The notes under the pieces are model-generated. The model saw only the letters and a program-made list of their open reading frames with translations. It did no database searches and had not been told where the DNA came from. The position numbers and the translations under genes are program-made. Positions 61,601 to 64,000 of a stretch of 64,000 bases of DNA are shown piece by piece; the stretch's first letter is position 1; each line of letters starts with the position of its first letter. Origin of the DNA: Felis catus (lineage: Eukaryota); the NCBI RefSeq assembly GCF_018350175.1, contig NC_058368.1, positions 228,038,001 to 228,102,000 on the forward strand, in the 5' to 3' direction.

Positions 61601-63374
61601 TGAAATTAGAAGGTGTGGTATTACTTGGCTTTTTTTACTTGAAAATATTTCCAAATGAGTCACTTTCCTGAGTCCTTTTGTACAATTAAAGAACGAAGTT
61701 TCCTAACATTGATGTGACGTGAATGAAAACTAGCTTTGATGTGCATATACTTTGAGCTCATGAAATTTGAATACAACACTTCCTCTTATTTTGTGTTTAA
61801 CTCTTTGTTTCAGAATGGTCCAATGGCTAGTGGCTTAAAACCCCAGGAAGCCAGTGATAGGCTTATCATATTTCAGGTAATCTTTTTGGTTTCTATGACC
61901 TTCTACACAACCAAAACCTTAACATGTTTTAGACACATACATTTTTTCCCCTTAAGATAGAAAAGCCTGTTGTGGAATATTTTTAAAAATTGTGATTTGG
62001 GATAATTATATTTGGAGATGGTGTTAGTTATTTACTATTCTTATTTACATGTGCTCTGAAATCATACACGTTTGCTTATTTGCCAGTTTTTAAGTTTACC
62101 TGTTTATTCATGTGTAAATCATCTCGCTGAGTTTTCACTGGTGTTTTCTTTAGAATCAATTTGATAATATCTATCGGAAATACATCACCTATACTGGAGG
62201 AGAGGAGCTCTTTGGACTGCCAGTTACTCCGTATCCTCAGCTTCTTGAAATAAAGAAGCAATTAAATCTTCTACAGAAAATATACTCTCTATACAACAGT
62301 GTCATAGAAACTGTAAATAGCTATCATGAGATGCTTTGGTCAGAAGTGAATATTGAAAAAATCAACAATGAACTTTCAGAGTTCCAGAACAGGTGAGAAA
62401 TTAAATGTTTAGCATGCCCCGAGCTATTGAATCTTAAATGCTTTCTTCTTTGATAGACTGTCAAGTTCTCTTTTCACTCCCAGATGTTTTGAAAGCACAT
62501 CAGGCTGTATTGCTGTTGTCCGTTGACGTCACCCTTGTCAGACGCTATTTATTAATTACCCCTGTGTGTACGTGGTAAGACAAACGCGTCCTTTAAACCT
62601 GGATGAATTTTGTCAGGGGCTCTTCTGCATCTTGGAGGGAGCTGCTCTCTCTTTATATTACACTTATCAAACATTTGAAGTTTATGTGAGATGACTTCCT
62701 GTAATAAAAGCAAGAGCCCTATGATTTAAGTGTTGAACCCAAAGAAAATACAGGGTCATTTGTTGTGTTTTTTGGTTGTCAGCCTGATACACTCCGCTGT
62801 GCTTTGTACTTAGGAGGATCTCAATACATGTTTGTAGAATTGAATTGAATTGGGAGGCACCTCCGTCATTTAAAATAATGCCTTTTTACCTAGCTAAGTG
62901 TTACGAGGGAATTGAAAAAACAAAACAAAACACCAAACTTTCCCAATTGGGAGGAGCAGTTTTCTCTAATGTAAAAGTATGTTAGATTAACAGATATCAT
63001 TTGAATCATGAAATTTGAAAGTGTGGTAAGTATTGGAAATGACTGTTTTTTGATAGAATGCTAGTAGACAAGCTTGGAGTGGAGACACTCAGGCTCCTCT
63101 TCGAATGACCATTCACGGTGACTCCCTTTGCAGGTGTCGGAAGCTGCCCCGGGCCTTGAAGGACTGGCAGGCTTTCTTGGATCTGAAGAAGACCATTGAT
63201 GATTTCAGTGAGTGTTGCCCACTCCTGGAGCACATGGCCAGTAAGGCCATGATGGACAGGCACTGGGAAAGGATAGCTGCTCTCACTGGCCATAATCTGG
63301 ATGTTGGGAATGAAACTTTTAAGTTAAGAAATATCATGGAGGCACCTCTTCTGAAATACAAAGAAGAAATAGAG
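2551..63374 (+). CDS. DNAH5: Dynein axonemal heavy chain 5, partial (26 internal coding exons, about exons 3-28; tail domain and start of linker)
   Basis: Exon lengths 85,161,222,138,177,114,108,123,216,108,86,322,207,172,146,166,237,191,88,134,202,236,219,63,239,241 sum to 4401 nt. Phases match at every junction and no stop was seen. The translation runs from IERIDQLF to [10 protein letters not shown] and is colinear with human DNAH5 as I recall it. Confidence 0.97.
2648..2879 (-). mobile_element. Young felid SINEC_Fc
   Basis: Near-identical to the other young copies; TSD aggtatccgaattt at 2634-2647 and 2880-2893. Confidence 0.96.
3704..3943 (-). mobile_element. Can-SINE
   Basis: TSD agaaagtccattacacttt at 3685-3703 and 3944-3962. 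Confidence 0.95.
4483..4980 (-). mobile_element. Possible ERVL-type solo LTR remnant (MER54/MER74/MER88-like)
   Basis: Begins cgttgtgcaaacc...aaagcttttactcg, which resembles the reverse 3' end of these LTRs from memory; GC/CpG-rich; right boundary uncertain. Confidence 0.35.
5010..5265 (-). mobile_element. MIR
   Basis: Reverse MIR core: tattaactcatttaatcctcacaac...cagatgagaagactgaggcacag...cccaaggtcaca. Confidence 0.85.
5606..5887 (-). mobile_element. Can-SINE with (TG)n at the tail end and expanded (GA)n
   Basis: SINE body; TSD-like ctc(g/a)ttcctgt on both sides. Confidence 0.9.
6123..6283 (+). CDS. DNAH5: DNAH5 exon ~4 (161 nt)
   Basis: tttgtag|GA...AGG|gtaagg; [53 protein letters not shown]. 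Confidence 0.95.
6533..6577. repeat. (TG)n microsatellite
   Basis: About 22 TG units read directly. Confidence 0.95.
6870..7383 (+). mobile_element. ERV1 MER4-group solo LTR (MER89/MER90/MER110-like)
   Basis: TG...CA ends; motifs gcttccctaatttttgtcc, agaaagccaaatatgcacccct, gcctccaatcagg, gtgatggtggccgactc match the family as I recall it; exact subfamily uncertain. Confidence 0.7.
7490..7711 (+). CDS. DNAH5: DNAH5 exon ~5 (222 nt)
   Basis: gttccag|GAG...AAG|gtaaga; EVSFNMLD...AQESLKEK. Confidence 0.95.
10081..10293 (-). mobile_element. Young felid SINEC_Fc inserted at the end of a (TG)n tract
   Basis: Near-consensus body; TSD tgtgtgtgtgtYttaaa on both sides. Confidence 0.95.
10325..10521 (+). 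mobile_element. Can-SINE (older)
   Basis: TSD aaaattagcatcatc on both sides. Confidence 0.94.
10565..10702 (+). CDS. DNAH5: DNAH5 exon ~6 (138 nt)
   Basis: ttaattag|GTG...CAG|gtaatt; [12 protein letters not shown]...WIKQTEQ. Confidence 0.95.
11498..11674 (+). CDS. DNAH5: DNAH5 exon ~7 (177 nt)
   Basis: ttatcag|GTC...AAG|gttgtc; [25 protein letters not shown]...SKLLK. Confidence 0.95.
12027..12310 (-). mobile_element. MaLR LTR (MLT1-type) fragment
   Basis: tgtaacaaattaccctaacacttagc...gtcaggaatttagg...cagctggg...ggatctgcctcca is the reverse MLT1 3' end. Confidence 0.75.
12651..12764 (+). CDS. DNAH5: DNAH5 exon ~8 (114 nt)
   Basis: gtgcttag|ACT...CCT|gtgagt; [38 protein letters not shown] (absent from the ORF track). 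Confidence 0.95.
12911..13242. mobile_element. Tigger2a-type (Tc1/mariner) non-autonomous DNA transposon
   Basis: Terminal inverted repeats CAGTTGACCCTTG...CAAGGGTCAACTG with TA on both sides. Confidence 0.92.
13707..13814 (+). CDS. DNAH5: DNAH5 exon ~9 (108 nt)
   Basis: cttctag|ATA...AAG|gtaagt; [36 protein letters not shown]. Confidence 0.95.
14046..14269 (-). mobile_element. Can-SINE
   Basis: SINE body; degenerate TSD aataattg(g/t)g(c/t)tattt. Confidence 0.93.
14991..15254 (-). mobile_element. Felid SINEC_Fc
   Basis: Perfect TSD ccgcaaggcttgtttttg at 14973-14990 and 15255-15272. Confidence 0.96.
15885..16294 (+). mobile_element. Old L1 (L1MA-like) 3' end with internal (CA)n
   Basis: agagagtagaagggtggttgccagaggctgggg...gttgtacacctgaaatata; terminal gagctggggcaaaaaaa duplicated in tandem. 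Confidence 0.85.
16456..16578 (+). CDS. DNAH5: DNAH5 exon ~10 (123 nt)
   Basis: attccag|GTG...CAG|gtaacg; [17 protein letters not shown]...AIKLKQ. Confidence 0.95.
17136..17351 (+). CDS. DNAH5: DNAH5 exon ~11 (216 nt)
   Basis: ttttaag|GAA...CAG|gtctgt; [10 protein letters not shown]...[10 protein letters not shown]...MVAKYQ. Confidence 0.95.
17364..17748 (-). mobile_element. Nested Can-SINEs: young SINEC_Fc (17387-17640) inside the tail of an older short SINE
   Basis: Inner TSD aagattttatttt at 17374-17386 and 17641-17653; outer degenerate TSD at 17350-17363 and 17751-17765. Confidence 0.92.
18225..18448 (-). mobile_element. Felid Can-SINE
   Basis: Perfect TSD tagcccaacagtttct at 18209-18224 and 18449-18464. 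Confidence 0.96.
19330..19660 (+). mobile_element. L2 3' end
   Basis: ttgagggcagggaca...taggtgcacaataaata. Confidence 0.6.
19785..19828. repeat. (TTTC)n microsatellite
   Basis: About 11 units read directly. Confidence 0.95.
20523..20766 (-). mobile_element. Can-SINE with expanded (GA)n
   Basis: SINE body and head, reverse orientation. Confidence 0.93.
21063..21170 (+). CDS. DNAH5: DNAH5 exon ~12 (108 nt)
   Basis: atttcag|AGT...CAT|gtaagt; [36 protein letters not shown]. Confidence 0.95.
23296..23496 (-). mobile_element. Carnivore L1 extreme 3' fragment
   Basis: aatttattgtcaagtt...cccagtgctcatcccaacaagt...aaccctcagtttgttctc; flanked by gccaagatt. Confidence 0.85.
23514..24140 (-). mobile_element. 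Three Can-SINEs (23514-23746 young Fc; 23764-23854 short type; 23890-24140 with long GA tract)
   Basis: Three reverse heads; TSD ccaagatttttatttt at 23498-23513 and 23748-23763. Confidence 0.92.
25897..26070. mobile_element. MER58-type hAT-Charlie MITE
   Basis: cagggatcagcaaactat...cccacaaagctgaaaatagttactgtctggccctttacaga...cctg. Confidence 0.8.
26489..26608 (+). mobile_element. L1 3' terminal fragment
   Basis: aataatattgtaataacttatggtgacag...tgttgtacatctgaaacta followed by an A-rich end. Confidence 0.6.
26668..26753 (+). CDS. DNAH5: DNAH5 exon ~13 (86 nt)
   Basis: atttcag|AAC...AAG|gtaaaa; [28 protein letters not shown](R). Confidence 0.95.
27031..27721 (-). mobile_element. Three antisense Can-SINEs (27031-27130, 27241-27476, 27504-27721)
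   Basis: Three reverse heads with degenerate TSDs. Confidence 0.92.
27799..28120 (+). CDS. DNAH5: DNAH5 exon ~14 (322 nt)
   Basis: tttttcag|GTT...CAA|gtgagt; [10 protein letters not shown]...[13 protein letters not shown]...HRAWLQQ. Confidence 0.96.
29061..29267 (+). CDS. DNAH5: DNAH5 exon ~15 (207 nt)
   Basis: gacacag|ATT...AAG|gtatgg; [15 protein letters not shown]...VNFDPQI...NFSNMK. Confidence 0.95.
29340..30020 (-). mobile_element. L2 fragment interrupted by a short sense SINE (29756-29865)
   Basis: Purine-rich L2-like text; SINE TSD aatatagttgg(c/t)attta. Confidence 0.6.
30922..31141 (+). mobile_element. Can-SINE
   Basis: Head, (CT)n and tail; TSD aaatggtaat(g/a)tat. Confidence 0.93.
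31265..32240 (-). mobile_element. L2 fragment
   Basis: Reverse L2 motifs (ggcctaattgagaagatgacatt, ttttgaaagggtcattcttgcggct, cagttttggacatgttaa). Confidence 0.7.
32305..32522 (+). mobile_element. Can-SINE
   Basis: Head and tail; TSD-like aaga(c/t)ttggc. Confidence 0.9.
32566..33684 (-). mobile_element. 5'-truncated carnivore/felid L1 (ORF2 C-terminus + 3' UTR + poly-A)
   Basis: Perfect TSD tgggctgaggcagatttct at 32547-32565 and 33685-33703; ORF2 peptides [11 protein letters not shown]...[10 protein letters not shown] and [25 protein letters not shown]. Confidence 0.96.
34128..34299 (+). CDS. DNAH5: DNAH5 exon ~16 (172 nt)
   Basis: attgcag|ATG...TCA|gtaagt; [10 protein letters not shown]...[15 protein letters not shown]...FAKI. 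Confidence 0.95.
35014..35615 (-). mobile_element. MaLR LTR (MLT1B/C-like) interrupted by a young SINEC_Fc at 35148-35369
   Basis: aatcaaggtatcagca...ccatcttcaaagccag...cacatctgcaaagtccc...gattaggatgtggacatctt; SINE TSD tagtattctt at 35138-35147 and 35370-35379. Confidence 0.88.
36150..36250 (+). mobile_element. Short Can-SINE
   Basis: ggggcgcctggctggctcagttggtggagc...gtagagattact; TSD tatctgttg. Confidence 0.9.
36702..36847 (+). CDS. DNAH5: DNAH5 exon ~17 (146 nt)
   Basis: ttccaaag|AG...AAG|gttatt; (K)[25 protein letters not shown]...EFLQMTK. Confidence 0.93.
37596..38390 (-). mobile_element. MER21-like solo LTR interrupted by a sense SINE (37658-37860)
   Basis: Reverse matches to MER21 motifs (cagaaaag...aacat, tgtggtttatgctg, ccaataaaaa...gggcactgag, gtggtcttg); 5-bp TSD t(a/g)tgg. 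Confidence 0.82.
38800..39119 (-). mobile_element. Two nested or adjacent Can-SINEs
   Basis: Two reverse heads; outer TSD cagcagattt at 38781-38790 and 39122-39131. Confidence 0.9.
39765..39992 (-). mobile_element. Can-SINE inside an L2 3' fragment
   Basis: Degenerate TSD gaattt(g/a)ttt(g/a)ctt; L2-like text continues to about 40350. Confidence 0.9.
41085..41290 (-). mobile_element. MIR
   Basis: tgagtacttactttgtgccaggcactattcta...ggatctgaacccagg. Confidence 0.75.
41737..41794. repeat. (CTAT)n tetranucleotide STR
   Basis: About 9 perfect units followed by interrupted units. Confidence 0.93.
42232..42440 (+). mobile_element. Can-SINE ending about 60 nt upstream of exon 18
   Basis: Head, body and A tail. 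Confidence 0.92.
42503..42668 (+). CDS. DNAH5: DNAH5 exon ~18 (166 nt)
   Basis: tttggtag|GAC...CAG|gtaaga; [29 protein letters not shown]...KNESS. Confidence 0.94.
43278..43514 (+). CDS. DNAH5: DNAH5 exon ~19 (237 nt)
   Basis: gtaacag|CA...AGGG|gtaata; AKREGNSDT...[18 protein letters not shown]...NFR. Confidence 0.93.
44799..44989 (+). CDS. DNAH5: DNAH5 exon ~20 (191 nt)
   Basis: aactcag|AC...AAG|gtgggt; [38 protein letters not shown]...SELLSK. Confidence 0.94.
45077..45164 (+). CDS. DNAH5: DNAH5 exon ~21 (88 nt)
   Basis: tttgtag|AAA...AAG|gtaaat, after an 87-nt intron; [29 protein letters not shown]. Confidence 0.92.
46070..50420 (-). mobile_element. Old fragmented L1 (L1MA/MB-like) with an inverted ORF2 piece, interrupted by SINEs at 46355-46586(-), 47151-47355(+), 47580-47740(+), 47748-47965(+), 47981-48115(+), 49102-49351(-)
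   Basis: Reverse L1 3' UTR/ORF2 text at 46070-48600, forward ORF2-like text at about 48620-48930, probable 5'-region L1 text beyond. Confidence 0.78.
50425..50643 (-). mobile_element. Can-SINE
   Basis: TSD-like ttagcattt on both sides. Confidence 0.92.
50823..51550 (-). mobile_element. 5'-truncated carnivore/felid L1 with internal (GT)n
   Basis: TSD cccttc(g/a)tcttttta at 50808-50822 and 51551-51565; ORF2 peptide [20 protein letters not shown]. Confidence 0.95.
51626..51759 (+). CDS. DNAH5: DNAH5 exon ~22 (134 nt)
   Basis: gttttag|AT...AAG|gtatgt; [32 protein letters not shown]...STKK. Confidence 0.95.
52055..52260 (+). mobile_element. Can-SINE
   Basis: Head, CT segment and tail. Confidence 0.9.
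54067..54309 (-). mobile_element. Felid SINEC_Fc
   Basis: Perfect TSD tcaaataatggcatttta at 54049-54066 and 54310-54327. Confidence 0.96.
55100..55420 (+). mobile_element. Ancient L1 ORF2 fragment
   Basis: aaaatacctaggaata...tgttcctggatgggaagatttaatattg resembles the KYLG...SWIGRINIV region of ORF2. Confidence 0.65.
55640..55865 (-). mobile_element. Can-SINE
   Basis: TSD tgaactgtgg(g/t)ttttt. Confidence 0.93.
56094..56341 (-). mobile_element. Can-SINE with (TTTTA)n tail
   Basis: TSD ctcactaattaaacattt at 56076-56093 and 56342-56359. Confidence 0.95.
56463..56664 (+). CDS. DNAH5: DNAH5 exon ~23 (202 nt)
   Basis: attctag|GAA...CAG|gttggt; [18 protein letters not shown]...GAIALYT. Confidence 0.95.
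57216..57451 (+). CDS. DNAH5: DNAH5 exon ~24 (236 nt)
   Basis: tttacag|CT...GAG|gtaact; [14 protein letters not shown]...KDLDDIR...VGPIE. Confidence 0.95.
57635..58038 (-). mobile_element. ERVL-type LTR remnant (LTR33/LTR40-like)
   Basis: gcagagcctgagatgaggatttctgtacaagtgatctactga resembles the reverse 3' end of these LTRs (recall). Confidence 0.5.
58039..58567 (-). mobile_element. MER34-like ERV1 solo LTR
   Basis: Reverse begins tatagggaccaaaatgtgccactttgcc...attattttga and ends ...cccctaca. Confidence 0.72.
58868..59091 (-). mobile_element. Can-SINE
   Basis: TSD ctggacttaa. Confidence 0.93.
59606..59827 (-). mobile_element. Can-SINE
   Basis: Perfect TSD accctgcttcactctatt at 59588-59605 and 59828-59845. 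Confidence 0.95.
60570..60788 (+). CDS. DNAH5: DNAH5 exon ~25 (219 nt)
   Basis: cgtgtag|GAA...TTG|gtacaa; [10 protein letters not shown]...[11 protein letters not shown]...YLDYDL. Confidence 0.95.
61814..61876 (+). CDS. DNAH5: DNAH5 exon ~26 (63 nt)
   Basis: gtttcag|AAT...CAG|gtaatc; [21 protein letters not shown]. Confidence 0.95.
62154..62392 (+). CDS. DNAH5: DNAH5 exon ~27 (239 nt)
   Basis: tctttag|AAT...CAG|gtgaga; [23 protein letters not shown]...EFQN(R). Confidence 0.95.
63134..63374 (+). CDS. DNAH5: DNAH5 exon ~28 (241 nt)
   Basis: tttgcag|GTG...GAG|gtacag; [14 protein letters not shown]...RHWERI...KYKEEIE. Confidence 0.96.
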
Positions 63375-63509
63375 GTACAGTTCATAGGATTACCTGATGT
63401 GGTGGGAGATTGGAAGGTCTCATGGGATTTATTTTGACAGTATTCCTACATTATGGAATGTGGGACCAGTAAACCATACCAGGACAATTAAAACTCTTCT
63501 GGGCATCCA

Positions 63510-64000
63510 GCTATTCATTCCTTCCACACATGTTTACGTGACAGGTTCTGTGTTGAGTGCTGGGGACATACTGATGCTTTCCTTCATTCATAGATCATTA
63601 AATAACTTGCATAGTTAAATAATTACACAAATAAGGGTATAGTTACACAATGTGGTAAATACCATTGAAGTAAAAAGCATCTGTTCTATGACAGCCCATA
63701 GTAATGGGGTTGACCTGTTTGGGGTGATGGGTGGTAAAGGTAGGGAAGTTGAGACACATGCCCATGACTGCTGGGGAGGGAATGTGTGCGTGTGGTGAGG
63801 CTGAGGGACTTGGAAAGGGCAAAGAAGACAATGTCAGGCATGTGGAACAGCATGTGTGAAGGGTCTGAAGTGTGTTTGGGAACCAGAGGGAACACCAGGG
63901 TGGAGAGACCAATGGGGAGTCGTCTGGGAGATATATTTTGAGCAGAGATGACATGGTTAGATTTGCATTTTCTAAAGATCACTGTGGTAACTGTGTGGAG
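63510..64000 (-). mobile_element. L2 3' fragment
   Basis: ctattcattccttcc...tgtgttgagtgctgggga...ttttgagcagagatgacatggttagatttgcattttctaaagatcactgtgg. Confidence 0.7.

Noticed and set aside
2551..63374. Alternative identity as DNAH8 or as a pseudogene
   Set aside because: The peptides match DNAH5 as I recall it closely throughout, all splice sites are canonical, and the frame is intact.
1..64000. CRISPR array, operon or other prokaryote-type system
   Set aside because: The window is eukaryotic exon-intron DNA; its dispersed repeats are SINEs, LINEs and LTRs, not regularly spaced repeat-spacer units.

Overview
Mammalian genomic DNA, almost certainly from a felid, judging by the abundant tRNA-derived carnivore SINEs of the SINEC_Fc type and carnivore L1s. 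The whole window lies inside one + strand gene, DNAH5 (axonemal outer-arm dynein heavy chain 5). I traced 26 consecutive coding exons (human numbering about 3-28, from recall) from 2551 to 63374. All are GT-AG bounded and phase-compatible, and they join into an uninterrupted 4401-nt (1467-codon) frame encoding the N-terminal tail and the start of the linker region. The start codon and the AAA+ motor lie outside the window. The introns hold about 42 Can-SINEs (29 antisense, 13 sense), two 5'-truncated young L1s with TSDs, older L1/L2/MIR fragments, several solo LTRs, a Tigger2a-type and a MER58-type DNA transposon, and microsatellites. I found no novel gene system. The most interesting signals are in splicing and retrotransposon architecture: two SINE insertions whose TSDs duplicated a DNAH5 splice donor, a near-consensus recursive 5' splice site at the start of exon 6, a head-to-head SINE pair next to that exon, a four-layer retro-insertion nest, and a perfect 22-bp palindrome. 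Repeat family names and human comparisons come from memory, not database searches. Repeat boundaries without TSDs are approximate.
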